This document shows, piece after piece, positions 1-11,731 of a DNA stretch of 64,000 nt. Location: assembly GCA_050746945.1 (NCBI GenBank), contig JBOGMZ010000007.1, positions 118,130 through 182,129 of the forward strand, read 5' to 3'. Positions within the stretch are counted from its first letter, which is position 1. Every line of letters begins with the position of its first letter. Origin of the DNA: Candidatus Acidiferrales bacterium (GTDB lineage: Bacteria; Acidobacteriota; Terriglobia; Acidiferrales; UBA7541). Made by a program: the position numbers and the translations under genes. The notes below the pieces were generated by a model. That model was not told where the DNA came from, searched no databases, and saw nothing but the letters and a program-made list of their open reading frames with translations.

Positions 1-470
1 TGGAGCCGCACCTCGGCTTCCGGCATTCCGCGTTCGCGCGCCACGCGCGGAACTTGAAATTCGGCTGCGGCCGGCGAGATCTGCGGGTCAAGCCCCGACC
101 CCGATGCCGTAGCCAGATCCACCGGGATCTGTTCCCCGGGATTCTCCGCTTGCAGAGATTGCACGGTCGCGGCCACACGGTCGAGCAGCACTTTGTTTGT
201 TGGGCCCAGGTTTGAGCCAGAGGAACTCGAAGCGTCGTATCCTGCCGCGCCCGCTGCCGAGGGCCGCGAACGAAAATATCCAGGCGCCGTGAACGGCTGC
301 CCGATCAGGCTTGAGCCGACGATCTTTCCACCAGATTGAATTAGCTCTCCATTCGCCTGCCACGGAAACAACCACTGCGCCAACACCGTTACCGTTAGGG
401 GGTACACAATTCCTAGCAGCAGCGTCGTCGCCAGTGTCATCCAAATCGAAATCAGAAAATTTCGCTTCAT
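1..470 (-). CDS. kdpC: K+-transporting ATPase subunit KdpC (3' part runs off the window start)
   Basis: Not in the ORF track because it has no stop inside the window. Hand translation of the reverse complement from ATG 468-470 gives MKRNFLISIWMTLATTLLLGIVYPLTVTVLAQWLFPWQANGELIQSGGKIVGSSLIGQPF...ASGSGLDPQISPAAAEFQVPRVA. This shows the KdpC N-terminal helix, GIVYPL and GSGLDPxISP-type motifs. It starts 7 nt after the kdpB stop. Confidence 0.85.
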   Translation of the reverse strand, partial: MKRNFLISIWMTLATTLLLGIVYPLTVTVLAQWLFPWQANGELIQSGGKIVGSSLIGQPFTAPGYFRSRPSAAGAAGYDASSSSGSNLGPTNKVLLDRVAATVQSLQAENPGEQIPVDLATASGSGLDPQISPAAAEFQVPRVARERGMPEAEVRL

Positions 471-477
471 AGAGTCC

Positions 478-2577
<2,100 letters not shown>

Positions 2578-2588
2578 CGCCGCGCGCC

Positions 2589-4367
2589 TCAGAAAACTTT
2601 TCCGGCGTGCATCAGCAAGTGTTCGAGAATCGGCCCCAGGCTGACGGCCGGAAAAAACGTCAGTGCTCCCACGATCAAGATCACGGAGACCAGAAGCACG
2701 GTGAAAAGCGGAGTTGTAACCGGGAATGTTCCGGCGGATTCAGGCACCACCTTCTTGCGTGCCAGATTCCCGGCAATCGCCAGCACCGGGATCACCATAA
2801 AAAATCTCCCCAGCAGCATGTCGATCCCGATGCTGGTGTTGTACCAGGCCGAGTTCCAATTCCCGCCCGCAAACGCCGACCCGTTGTTCGCCGCGCCTTG
2901 GGTATAGGCATACAGAATTTGAGAGAGTCCGTGCGGGCCGGGATTGGATATCCCTGCCTTACCGGCCGGAGTCGCGACGCCAATTGCCGTGAAAACCAGA
3001 ATCACCAGCGAAAAGATCAGCACCGTGAGCACGGCCATCTTCACGTCGTACGCCTCAATTTTCTTTCCTAGATATTCGGGTGTCCTCCCCACCATCAATC
3101 CCGCGATAAACACGGAAAGAATCACGAACACGACGATCCCATAGAGTCCCGCACCCACGCCGCCGAACACCACTTCACCAAGCATCATGTTGACCATCGG
3201 AACCATGCCGCCGAGTGGAGTGTAGGAATCGTGCATGGAGTTCACCGCGCCGCAGCTCGCGTCCGTCGTCACCGTGGCGTACAACACGGAATCTGCGATT
3301 CCAAATCTTACTTCCTTGCCTTCCATGTTGCCGCCCGCTTGCGTCGCGCTCGCCCTTTGATCAACGTCGTGCAACAGCACGTTGCCCCGCGCTTCGGCCG
3401 CGTAGGCGCATGCGACTCCCGCTGCAAACAGCACTGCCATCGCAGCCCATACTGCCCAGCCGTGCCGCTGCGAGCCGGTCATCCGGCCCAGCGTGTAGGT
3501 CAGTCCCGAGGGAATCGCGAAAATCAGCACCACTTGCAGGAAATTTGTGAACGGCGTCGGATTCTCGAACGGATGCGAGCTGTTCGAATTGAAAAATCCC
3601 CCACCATTCGTGCCGAATATTTTGATCGCCTCCTGCGACGCCACAGGCCCCTGCGCGATGGTCTGCTCACTCACTACTCGTGCCGTCGCCTTTCCCTCAG
3701 CGCCCATTTGCCGCACGGTCTGCAGATCCACAAGGTGCGCGGTGTCGTAGGGCTTGAGGTTCTGCACCACACCCTGTGAAACAAATACCAGTGAGACCAC
3801 CAGGCACACCGGCAGCAGCACCCATAGCGTGCAGCGCGTCATGTCTACCCAGAAATTCCCGATGGTCTCTGACTCACGTCGCGCGATCCCTCGAATCACC
3901 GCGATCGCCATCGCCACTCCCACCGCGGCGGACATAAAATTGTGGTACGCCAGCCCCGCCATCTGCGTCAGGTAGCTCATGGTCGATTCCGGCGTGTATG
4001 CTTGCCAATTCGTATTTGTCGCAAACGACGCAGCCGTATTGAACGCCAGATCCGGTGGAACATTTGCCAGGTGCTGCGGATTCCCTGGCAGCCACATCTG
4101 CATGCGCTGGAGCAAATAGAGCACCAGCATCGAAACCGCGCTGAACAGCAGCATCGCAATCGCGTATTCCGTCCAGCGCATCTCGTACTCTGCATCCACG
4201 CCCGTCAATCGATACAATAACCGCTCGATCGGCCGCATCACCGGGTCGAGAAATGTCCGTTCTCCGCTGAACACACGCGCCATGAACACGCCCAGCGGTT
4301 TCGTAATTACCAGGATTACCAGCAGGAAAAGCCCGATTTGAAACCACCCATTCGCAGTCATTCGCAA
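2589..4367 (-). CDS. kdpA: K+-transporting ATPase subunit KdpA (TTG start per track)
   Basis: 592-aa polytopic membrane ORF with a typical KdpA N-terminus ([27 protein letters not shown]) and [10 protein letters not shown]-type selectivity-region repeats. It sits directly upstream of kdpB. Confidence 0.97.
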   Translation of the reverse strand: MRMTANGWFQIGLFLLVILVITKPLGVFMARVFSGERTFLDPVMRPIERLLYRLTGVDAEYEMRWTEYAIAMLLFSAVSMLVLYLLQRMQMWLPGNPQHLANVPPDLAFNTAASFATNTNWQAYTPESTMSYLTQMAGLAYHNFMSAAVGVAMAIAVIRGIARRESETIGNFWVDMTRCTLWVLLPVCLVVSLVFVSQGVVQNLKPYDTAHLVDLQTVRQMGAEGKATARVVSEQTIAQGPVASQEAIKIFGTNGGGFFNSNSSHPFENPTPFTNFLQVVLIFAIPSGLTYTLGRMTGSQRHGWAVWAAMAVLFAAGVACAYAAEARGNVLLHDVDQRASATQAGGNMEGKEVRFGIADSVLYATVTTDASCGAVNSMHDSYTPLGGMVPMVNMMLGEVVFGGVGAGLYGIVVFVILSVFIAGLMVGRTPEYLGKKIEAYDVKMAVLTVLIFSLVILVFTAIGVATPAGKAGISNPGPHGLSQILYAYTQGAANNGSAFAGGNWNSAWYNTSIGIDMLLGRFFMVIPVLAIAGNLARKKVVPESAGTFPVTTPLFTVLLVSVILIVGALTFFPAVSLGPILEHLLMHAGKVF

Positions 4368-4374
4368 GTCCTCG

Positions 4375-4461
4375 TCAGAACTTTTCCGGCCACAGCAGTG
4401 CCGCCAGCAGGTACACCAGCAGGGCCGCCGAAATTCCCAGCAGCAGGATGTTTCCCAGCAT
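4375..4461 (-). CDS. kdpF: KdpF small hydrophobic subunit (28 aa)
   Basis: The ORF is below the track length cutoff and was read by hand: [28 protein letters not shown]. It is a single TM helix preceded by GGGAG and ends about 7 nt before the kdpA start. Size and position match KdpF. Confidence 0.7.
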   Translation of the reverse strand: MLGNILLLGISAALLVYLLAALLWPEKF

Positions 4462-4596
4462 CGCTCTCACTCCCTATTTCAAGCGCTCACAAGCCCAGAC
4501 GTACACCACCGCCACCACAAAAAATCCCACCGTGCACGCCATGAAGACGATGTCTCGCGTTTCAGTTGCTCCTCTGTGCGTCGAGATCGCGGCTGC

Positions 4597-6249
4597 TCAG
4601 AACTTCACCAGGATCGCCAAGTTCAGCCTCGTCTCGTTCTTGCGGAGGTCGGGGGACCACGTTCCTACCGCGGGGTCGCACCCGCCGGCCGGTGCAACGC
4701 TTCCGCTCAGACACGCAAATGAGCCCGGGCTCCCATTATTTCCGCCAGGCGGCGTAACGCCGCCGCGCCCCGAGAAGTACGGGACATTCGCCGCCCGGTA
4801 ATTCGCCTCCCACCGGAACGTAATGTACTGGCTCGGCATGTAGTCGAGTGTCGCCGAAGCGTCCCACGCCTTGTACGGGTCGCCTGGATTCTCGGTGAAG
4901 TAGGGTGTTCCGCTTGACGCTGTTGCCCCATTGATCGGCGGCAGCAGCACCAGATACCGTCCCGGATTGTTGATCTTCCCGCCGCCCAGCGTCACTCCGA
5001 ATAAATCCCGGTGAAACCAGAAGCGGTTGTAAACCATGAACCCCAGAAAGCTCTGCTTCGGATGGCCATTCCGCGTTCCGAAACAGCTCACTCCTCCGCC
5101 GCTTTCGCAACCCATATCTCCGGTCAGGGAAAACGCCAGCTTGTCGAGCGTGCGTTCCGGACGGTCGTAGTATTTCATCTCGATGCTATTGTCCGTGTGG
5201 TAGCGCGTGCGGCCGGGCGTATTCAGAGTGTCCTGGCCCACGGCATATTCATTCCCGAGAATTGAAAGCCACCCGTTCGGCCGCCACAAAATCTGACCTC
5301 CCACGCCCGGCCTCCCGTTGAACCTCCCATACGATTGCCACCCGTTTACGAACCACGGCTCAATCTTCAAATGTTCGGTCGGGAAAATCTGCACGCGAAC
5401 CCCATTGAAGAACCACGGCGTATTCGACGACACGAACGACGGTTGATACGCCCAATTGTCGTATTGGTAGTAGCTGAACAAGCCCACGTACGACATGAAA
5501 ATTCCCGCGTCCACATTGATCCCGTGCAGCACGTTGAAGTGATACCCGCCGTACGCTTCGGAAATGTAGCGGTAGCTATCTGCGAGATTCCATTGGCCGC
5601 GCGACGGGCTCGCGTCATTGCGCGGCGTCGTCTGGGAATACATACCGAATTGCGTCATCAACCGTCCGCGCACATTATCAAAATGGAAGTCGCCGCCGAC
5701 GCCCAACTGCGTCAATTGCACTTCGCTCGAACGAAATACCTCGCTGGATCCGCTGATCGTGTCGTCCTTCGGATTGTGGAAGTCATATATATAGTCAACG
5801 TCCACTCTGACTTCGGGAGTGAAGAGTTTCGTGTCCACTGGCGGATTCTTCTCTCGACTGTTCCCGTTCAGCCAGGTGAAATCTGCAAACGCAAATGGCT
5901 CCGCCTTCGGCGGCTTCTTTTCGACAGCCGCAGCCTTCGGCGGCTCTATGCCCGCGGGGGGCGCTGCCTCATGCGCCGGTGCGGCCGCCCGCGCAGGGAA
6001 CGCCGCGTTGACAACCGCCGGTAGTTCCTGCGCCTTCTTCTCCGCCAGTTCCGCCTCGAGCTGATCGATCCGCTTCCTCATCGCATCCAGCTCGCGCGCG
6101 ATCGCCGGAGGGATCGGCTGCTCAGCTTCATTCGCTTTCTGACCCGAAGCATTGCCGCTGTTCTGCGCGAAACAAGGCTTCTGCGCAATCGCCAGCGCGA
6201 GCGCGCCCAGAGCCAACCGCCACTTGTATTGCGATACAAACTTCAGCAT
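4597..6249 (-). CDS. Outer-membrane beta-barrel porin with an N-terminal coiled coil (DcaP-like architecture)
   Basis: Signal peptide MLKFVSQYKWRLALGALALAIAQKPCFAQ, coiled-coil segment ARELDAMRKRIDQLEAELAEKKAQ and an Ala/Pro-rich linker. The body is rich in aromatic/Gly alternation and ends in the OMP signature ...LNLAILVKF (terminal Phe). Confidence 0.75.
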   Translation of the reverse strand: MLKFVSQYKWRLALGALALAIAQKPCFAQNSGNASGQKANEAEQPIPPAIARELDAMRKRIDQLEAELAEKKAQELPAVVNAAFPARAAAPAHEAAPPAGIEPPKAAAVEKKPPKAEPFAFADFTWLNGNSREKNPPVDTKLFTPEVRVDVDYIYDFHNPKDDTISGSSEVFRSSEVQLTQLGVGGDFHFDNVRGRLMTQFGMYSQTTPRNDASPSRGQWNLADSYRYISEAYGGYHFNVLHGINVDAGIFMSYVGLFSYYQYDNWAYQPSFVSSNTPWFFNGVRVQIFPTEHLKIEPWFVNGWQSYGRFNGRPGVGGQILWRPNGWLSILGNEYAVGQDTLNTPGRTRYHTDNSIEMKYYDRPERTLDKLAFSLTGDMGCESGGGVSCFGTRNGHPKQSFLGFMVYNRFWFHRDLFGVTLGGGKINNPGRYLVLLPPINGATASSGTPYFTENPGDPYKAWDASATLDYMPSQYITFRWEANYRAANVPYFSGRGGVTPPGGNNGSPGSFACLSGSVAPAGGCDPAVGTWSPDLRKNETRLNLAILVKF

Positions 6250-6543
6250 GGGAATTTTCTCCTCGATAAATTCTGATCCTGTGGGCGACCCTGGAGATCA
6301 AATCGTTCCACGTCCGGTAAAACTGCGCGAAAAGGAAAGCAAAAAAATCCGCACGTCAATCCACCAGATAAAAGAATGAAAGGTAGCAACGAGATTCTCC
6401 CGATGCATTGGCGCAAACCCCGGCACCGCTGCCTCGACACCACAACTTCCACTCATCCTATGGCCGGCGCATCAGGAAGATGTAAGCAAGACATAAAGAT
6501 TTCGTAAGGGAACTGGGAGGTCGGTGGGGAAGTTAAGCCCACA

Positions 6544-6819
6544 CTAATCGATTGATTTCACAGTCTTTCGGCCCGCATACCAGCAGGGCTGGTCGCCGTA
6601 ATGCGGAAAAATCGCGCGCACGCATGCCTGTGTTTGCGGCTGGTCGTAGAACACTTCCACTTTTCCGTTCTTCATCGTGGTCGAATCGTAAAACGTGACG
6701 CTGCCAAACGGATCGCCCGCTTTCGGGTTCGCCACCTTGTAGCGCACCCACAAATAATCGCAAACGTACGCCGCCGCTAACAGCGCCAGCGCGACCAACG
6801 CGACACGTTTCAGGATCAT
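6544..6819 (-). CDS. Hypothetical small membrane-anchored or exported protein
   Basis: The track ORF is 6544..6897. The plausible start is the internal MILKRVALVALALLAAAYV, a signal/anchor helix. No recognisable family. Confidence 0.45.
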   Translation of the reverse strand: MILKRVALVALALLAAAYVCDYLWVRYKVANPKAGDPFGSVTFYDSTTMKNGKVEVFYDQPQTQACVRAIFPHYGDQPCWYAGRKTVKSID

Positions 6820-6994
6820 CGCTTCACCAGCATAGCTCCGGCTCATTCTACGCGCGGGGCGTGAAAATCTCAGTCTTGCGCTTGCCCCCATTCTCAAACT
6901 CGCCTATCCGCCATTGATTGGTATGATGGCAGCGCTCCGCGGATGTGCAATACACTCCGCATTCATTGCCGTCCCGCGGATTCATGAATTCAAA

Positions 6995-7960
6995 ATGAAC
7001 GCAACCGCTCCTTCAATCGCCTGCATCGGCGGCCTCGTCCTCGACCGCAAAGCCCGCGTCGAAGGCGGCGCCCGCCCCGGCACCTCCAATCCGGTTTCGG
7101 TCTCAACCAGCACTGGCGGCGTAGCCTCCAACATCGCTCGCAATCTCGCGCGCCTTGGCTGCCGCGTCTCCCTGTTTTCCATCCTCGGCGCGGACGATTC
7201 CGGCTCGACCGCCCTTCGCGAGCTGGAGAATTCCGGCGTGAATTACTCCGCAATTCTTCACTCGCACATTCATCCCACCGCCAGCTACACCGCCGTTCTC
7301 GAGCCTGACGGCGAACTATTCATCGGGCTCGCCGACATGGATATTTTCGAGGAACTCAACCCGGCCTGGGCAGACCGAATTTCTCCTGCGCTCGCGCAGT
7401 ATCCGCTCTGGATTGTTGATACGAATTTGCCTGCACGCACAATCGAACGCCTCCTGAAAACTAATAGGGGCCATGCAAAAGTCCTCGCCGATCCAATCTC
7501 CATCGTCAAGTCCGAAAGAATTCGTTCGAGCCTCGCCACGGTGGACGTTCTATTTCCGAATCGCAAGGAAGCCGCCGTCTTGAGCGGCCTCCCCGTAAAC
7601 ACGCTTGCCGATGTCGCAAAAGCAGCGCTCGAAATTCGCGCCCAGGGTGTTGGCACCGTCGTGGTCACTCTCGGCGGCGAAGGAATCTATCTCGATGCTG
7701 GCCAAGGCGGAAAATTTCTGCCGGTGATCCCCGCGAAAAAGGTCGTCGATGTCACCGGCGCCGGAGACGCCCTCGTCGCCGGATATGCTTACGGCATGCT
7801 CGCCGGAGGTAACCACGAGCCCGCGCTTTTCGGGCTGGCCGCCGCCAGCCTCACTGTCGAAACTGAAAAATCAATCGCCGAGAATCTGAGGCCCGAACGC
7901 CTCATCGAGCGCATCAAATCCGCGTCATCTTCAGGATCAACCCATGAATCCATATCTTGA
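6995..7960 (+). CDS. psuK: PfkB-family carbohydrate kinase, probable pseudouridine kinase
   Basis: PfkB motifs (IGGLVLD near the N-terminus, DVTGAGDALVAGYAYG near the C-terminus). It overlaps the start of psuG by 17 nt. Start moved to the internal ATG (MNATAPSIACIGG); the track ORF begins at 6914. Confidence 0.8.
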   Translation: MNATAPSIACIGGLVLDRKARVEGGARPGTSNPVSVSTSTGGVASNIARNLARLGCRVSLFSILGADDSGSTALRELENSGVNYSAILHSHIHPTASYTAVLEPDGELFIGLADMDIFEELNPAWADRISPALAQYPLWIVDTNLPARTIERLLKTNRGHAKVLADPISIVKSERIRSSLATVDVLFPNRKEAAVLSGLPVNTLADVAKAALEIRAQGVGTVVVTLGGEGIYLDAGQGGKFLPVIPAKKVVDVTGAGDALVAGYAYGMLAGGNHEPALFGLAAASLTVETEKSIAENLRPERLIERIKSASSSGSTHESIS

Positions 7961-8864
7961 TGTCCGCCCGGAAGTCGCCAAAGCGCTCGCTGCCTCGCGT
8001 CCCGTCGTCGCGCTCGAATCCACTGTCATATCGCACGGCCTCCCGCGCCCCCACAATCTTGAAACCGCCCGAGAAACGGAAGCAGCCGTGCGCGCCGAAG
8101 GCGCCGTGCCCGCCACAATCGGCCTTCTCGATGGGCGCCTCATTGTCGGACTCACTCGCGCGGAAATCGAATTGCTCGCAAGCGCGGAGCACGTCGCAAA
8201 AGTCAGCCGTCGCGATCTCGCCACAGTCCTGAATGCCCGGAAGCCCGGCGCCACCACCGTCGCCGCCACCATGATTATTGCCGCGCAAGCCGGTATCCGG
8301 GTTTTCGCCACCGGCGGCATTGGTGGCGTCCATCGCGGCGCGCAGAAAACTCTCGACATCTCGGCGGACCTCTCCGAACTTGCGCGCACACCCGTCGCCG
8401 TCGTTTGCTCCGGAGCAAAAGTGATTCTGGATTTACCGCGCACGCTCGAGGCTCTGGAAACGTTGGGTGTGCCGGTCGTGGGCTATGGCACCAGCCAGTT
8501 TCCGGCGTTCTATGTGCAGGAAAGCGGGCTGGCACTCGACTCGCGCGTGGATACGCCGCAGGAAGCCGCGCGCATCATCGCTCTGCAATGGGCGCTGGGC
8601 ATGAATTCAGGAATTGTTTTCTGCAATCCGCCGCCGGCCGCAAGCGCGCTGCCGCGGCAGCAGGTGGAATCTCTCATCGAAGCCGCCCTCAGCTCCGCGG
8701 GCGCCGCCGGAATTCAGGGCAAAGCCGTAACACCCTACTTGCTCGAGCACCTTGCAAAAGCAAGCGGCGGCCAAACGCTCGCCACAAATATCGCCCTGCT
8801 CATCAACAACGCCCGCGTCGCCGCTCAAATCGCCGTGGCCTGCGTGTCACCAGTGCGATCCTAG
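7944..8864 (+). CDS. psuG: Pseudouridine-5'-phosphate glycosidase
   Basis: 306-aa ORF, MNPYLDVRPEVAKALAASRPVVALESTVISHGLPRPHN...FATGGIGGVHRG. This is a typical PsuG/YeiN (indigoidine synthase A-like) sequence, paired with a PfkB kinase. Confidence 0.9.
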   Translation: MNPYLDVRPEVAKALAASRPVVALESTVISHGLPRPHNLETARETEAAVRAEGAVPATIGLLDGRLIVGLTRAEIELLASAEHVAKVSRRDLATVLNARKPGATTVAATMIIAAQAGIRVFATGGIGGVHRGAQKTLDISADLSELARTPVAVVCSGAKVILDLPRTLEALETLGVPVVGYGTSQFPAFYVQESGLALDSRVDTPQEAARIIALQWALGMNSGIVFCNPPPAASALPRQQVESLIEAALSSAGAAGIQGKAVTPYLLEHLAKASGGQTLATNIALLINNARVAAQIAVACVSPVRS

Positions 8865-8872
8865 CGTTAGGC

Positions 8873-9901
8873 TTATCCCTTCGCTGCCGCTCCCAACTTC
8901 AGCGTGCTGTGGAATTTTTCCATCAAGTGCGCGCCTGACCCAACCGTTGGATATTTCGCCTTCTCGCCGGGCGCGAGACATGTGGGAATGCAGGAAATCT
9001 CCGCCTCCCAATTCGGCTGGTGAAAAAACGCAATCGATTGCCGCCGAGTCGATCCGCGCGGATCGGGCAGTGGGTTCACCACACGATGCAACGTCGAAAC
9101 CCAGCGATCGTTCGTCCATCGCGCCATCAAATCGCCGATGTTCACCACAAACGCTCCCGGCACCACCGGCACCGCCTGCCATTTTCCCTCGGGCGTGAAG
9201 ATTTCCAGCCCCCCCGGCGCAGCCTCCGCCAGCAGAATTGTCAGACTGCCGTAATCACTGTGCGCTCCCGCGCGCAACTGGCCCGGCTTTGGCGCCACCG
9301 ATTGGTGCGGATAATTCAAAGCGCGCATCGCGCTAATCGGATCATCTATCACGCCGTCGAAATATCCCTCCCGCAATTCCAATGCCAGCGCAAACACCCG
9401 CATGATCCGCGCTGCGAGTTCGCCCATCGCTCGATAATAGCCGGACCAGGCCTCCCGAAAATTTGCCGGTTCTTTCGGCCACACATTTTCCGCGAATCGA
9501 AAAGCCGCGTCCGGTTCATTTCCGCTGTGCGGCGCGTGTTGCAGTGGCCCGATGCTGAAGCTCTCTTTCAAATCCGGCGGCGTCTCCTCGCCCAGCGATT
9601 TCGCGAGCGCTTCCGCTTGTAGCGGCGAACATCCGTACGGATAGCCCACATACGGCATCTTTGCTTCTAGTTTTTTCTCCATGGACAGGTCGAAAAAAGC
9701 GCGCGCCGCATTCCAGGCTCCGGAAATAATTTCCTCGGGCACGCCGTGTCCCATCACCGCTAAAAATCCCGTTTGCCTGCAAATTTCATCCACTCGCCGT
9801 GCCAGCTCTTGCCTTTCACTCAGGGAAGCTTGCGGCCCCGGCGCACTCGCGGCGGACACTCCTGGAATCGAGGAAAGATCGACAATCGGAAACTCTCGCA
9901 T
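8873..9901 (-). CDS. 2-oxoglutarate/Fe(II)-dependent oxygenase (isopenicillin N synthase-like family)
   Basis: 342 aa with an N-terminal non-haem dioxygenase region (FPIVDLS...GFLAVMGHGV) and the facial-triad region GAHSDYGSLTILL...HRV. Confidence 0.85.
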   Translation of the reverse strand: MREFPIVDLSSIPGVSAASAPGPQASLSERQELARRVDEICRQTGFLAVMGHGVPEEIISGAWNAARAFFDLSMEKKLEAKMPYVGYPYGCSPLQAEALAKSLGEETPPDLKESFSIGPLQHAPHSGNEPDAAFRFAENVWPKEPANFREAWSGYYRAMGELAARIMRVFALALELREGYFDGVIDDPISAMRALNYPHQSVAPKPGQLRAGAHSDYGSLTILLAEAAPGGLEIFTPEGKWQAVPVVPGAFVVNIGDLMARWTNDRWVSTLHRVVNPLPDPRGSTRRQSIAFFHQPNWEAEISCIPTCLAPGEKAKYPTVGSGAHLMEKFHSTLKLGAAAKG

Positions 9902-10193
9902 GTTAGGCCCTCGCTTTTCCGGATGCGCGAAATCCTAGTGTGTCCCACTTCGCCTGTCAATCTCTCGCCCCGCTCAGCACCCTCCACCTTAGATCTGGCG
10001 GAAATCCAATTTCTCCACCGCGCGGATCCCTTTCCTTTTTCCCGCCTTCGCGCTAGCCTGAATCCGCGGTGCAGGCCATCTCGCGCAGCGCAGGGCATGC
10101 TCGGGTACCCGGGGAGCGGGGATCCCCCCCTTGCTCGATCGCAGGGCTGCATTCGCCGAAATTCGGTGCCCAAAATGGCCGATTGCTGCCTGT

Positions 10194-10278
10194 TTCTAAT
10201 CGAAAGTGATGTCGAATAGAAATCTATGTAACTCATTGAAAACAAAGGATGGCGGTCAATTCTAATCGCAACTAATCG
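10194..10278 (+). promoter_or_regulatory. Three copies of CTAATCG (two as TTCTAATCG) in an AT-rich patch upstream of ndh; candidate regulator sites
   Basis: Read directly: TTCTAATCG at 10194-10202 and 10260-10268, and CTAATCGA at 10272-10279 (also at 10196-10203). The confidence value refers to a regulatory role, not to the presence of the repeats. Confidence 0.3.
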
Positions 10279-10301
10279 ACACAGCAGCGAGCCCCGGATT
10301 T

Positions 10302-10320
10302 TCGGCCGCTCAGCGGCCGA
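10302..10320 (+). promoter_or_regulatory. Perfect 8-bp stem hairpin (TCGGCCGC-TCA-GCGGCCGA) in the ndh 5' leader
   Basis: Read directly, 37 nt upstream of the ndh ATG. Function unknown (leader structure or protein-binding palindrome). Confidence 0.3.
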
Positions 10321-10356
10321 TGCACGAGCATCTAGCAGCAACACGGAAGGTCAGGA

Positions 10357-11643
10357 ATGACGAACCAGCACTGCGTAGTGGTCATCGGCGGCGGCTTCGG
10401 CGGCCTGAGCGTCGCTCTTCGACTCAAACATGCCCCCGTCGAAGTGACGCTGCTTGACCGCTGCAATTACCATTTGTTCCAGCCGCTGCTCTACCAGGTA
10501 GCCACCGGCGCCCTTTCGCCCGCCAACATTTCCTCACCGCTGCGCCACATCCTGAAGGATCAAAAAAACACGAAAGTGCTGCTTGCCGAGGCCATTCACA
10601 TCGACGCGCCCAACCGGCGCGTCATCTTGAGCGACGGAGCAGTTGATTACGACACTCTGATCGTTGCTACCGGCGCGAGTCACCAATATTTCGGCCATGA
10701 CGAGTGGGAGCAGTTTGCACCTGGTTTGAAAACGATCGAAGACGCCACCGACATGCGCAGCCGCATTCTTCTTGCGTTTGAAGCCGCCGAGCGCGAGACC
10801 GATCCCGAAAAATTGAAGGCTTGGATGACATTCGTCATCGTCGGCGCAGGACCCACCGGAGCCGAGCTGGCCGGAACCCTCGGTGAAATAGCCAACGACA
10901 CGCTGCGTCACGATTTCAGGAATATTAATCCGTCGGAGGCACGCATTATTCTCGTTGAAGGCATGGCCCGCGTTCTTCAAACCTATCCTGAAGAATTATC
11001 TGAAGCTGCGAGAAGGATGCTCACCCGCCTCGGCGTCACCGTCCGCACCGGCACGATGGTCGTGGATATCTCGAAGGACTCGGTCACCGTTCGCGAAGGG
11101 GACCGCACCGAAAAAATTGCCACGCGCACAGTTCTCTGGGCCGCCGGCGTTCTCGCTTCGCCGCTCGGCCGCGTGCTCGCTGCTGAAGCGGGCGCACAAC
11201 TCGATAGAGCCGGCCGCGTCATCGTCGAGCCGGATCTCACAATTGCCGGACACCCGGAAATTTTTGTCATCGGGGACCTTTCGAGCTTCAGCCATCAGAC
11301 CGGCAAGCCCCTGCCCGGAGTCGCGCAGCCGGCGATTCAGGAAGGTCATTATGTGGGGAAGACCATCTTGCGCCGGCTTCGCGGAGAAAAAAATAACCCG
11401 TTCCACTATTTGGACAAAGGGAATCTGGCCACTATCGGCCGCGCTAAAGCCGTTGCCGATTTGAATTGGTTGCGCCTGTCGGGCTTGCCCGCATGGATGA
11501 TCTGGCTTTTCGTCCACCTCCTCTACATCGTTCAATTTCAGAATCGCCTGCTGATCCTACTTCAGTGGGCCTGGCTTTACATCACCTACGACCGTTCCGC
11601 GCGCCTCATCACCGGCAAAAAAGCCCCGCCTCTGGATTTATGA
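10357..11643 (+). CDS. ndh: Type II NADH:quinone oxidoreductase (NDH-2)
   Basis: 428 aa with two Rossmann dinucleotide motifs (VVIGGGFGGLSVA, VIVGAGPTGAELAG). The length and C-terminal membrane-association helix are typical of NDH-2. GGAAGG lies before the ATG. Confidence 0.9.
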   Translation: MTNQHCVVVIGGGFGGLSVALRLKHAPVEVTLLDRCNYHLFQPLLYQVATGALSPANISSPLRHILKDQKNTKVLLAEAIHIDAPNRRVILSDGAVDYDTLIVATGASHQYFGHDEWEQFAPGLKTIEDATDMRSRILLAFEAAERETDPEKLKAWMTFVIVGAGPTGAELAGTLGEIANDTLRHDFRNINPSEARIILVEGMARVLQTYPEELSEAARRMLTRLGVTVRTGTMVVDISKDSVTVREGDRTEKIATRTVLWAAGVLASPLGRVLAAEAGAQLDRAGRVIVEPDLTIAGHPEIFVIGDLSSFSHQTGKPLPGVAQPAIQEGHYVGKTILRRLRGEKNNPFHYLDKGNLATIGRAKAVADLNWLRLSGLPAWMIWLFVHLLYIVQFQNRLLILLQWAWLYITYDRSARLITGKKAPPLDL

Positions 11644-11731
11644 TCCGAGTCTCTCCCATCAATCAAGGACGCAACGATTTCCCGCGCAGTCTCGGGGGCC
11701 CCATATTACAATCCGTCTTCGGACGAAATCT

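Noticed and set aside
88-444. 118-aa minus-strand track ORF at the left edge
   Set aside because: It lies in a different frame from the clear KdpC reading frame that spans 1-470. Its composition is Gly/Arg/Ala-rich and not protein-like, so it is an out-of-frame shadow ORF.
4320-4381. Apparent 1-nt inconsistency between my manual base counting and the ORF-track frames around the kdpA start and kdpF stop
   Set aside because: Frames from three independent track ORFs (2589..4367, 3874..4347, 4338..4544) agree with each other. I therefore treated this as my own counting error rather than a frameshift or pseudogene, and anchored kdpF to the track-consistent coordinates.
6250-6543. Possible c-di-AMP (ydaO-type) or other K+-related riboswitch in the roughly 290-nt leader upstream of the porin/kdp genes
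   Set aside because: Reading the minus-strand leader, I could not find the conserved ydaO elements (ACGGGGA/GGGGACCCA-type boxes, CCGAAUCC, AGCUAACCUCGUAAGC) or a convincing terminator/anti-terminator pair. It would need an Infernal scan to exclude completely.
9773-10344. Track ORFs 9773..10219 (+, 148 aa) and 9820..10344 (-, 174 aa) filling the long intergenic region; also considered a tRNA, tmRNA, RNase P, 6S or SRP RNA gene
   Set aside because: Both translations are Arg/Pro/Ser-rich with no protein-like pattern. No tRNA cloverleaf, no tmRNA/RNase P conserved boxes and no SRP GGAA-tetraloop domain were recognised. The GGAAGG near 10345 is simply the ndh ribosome-binding site.
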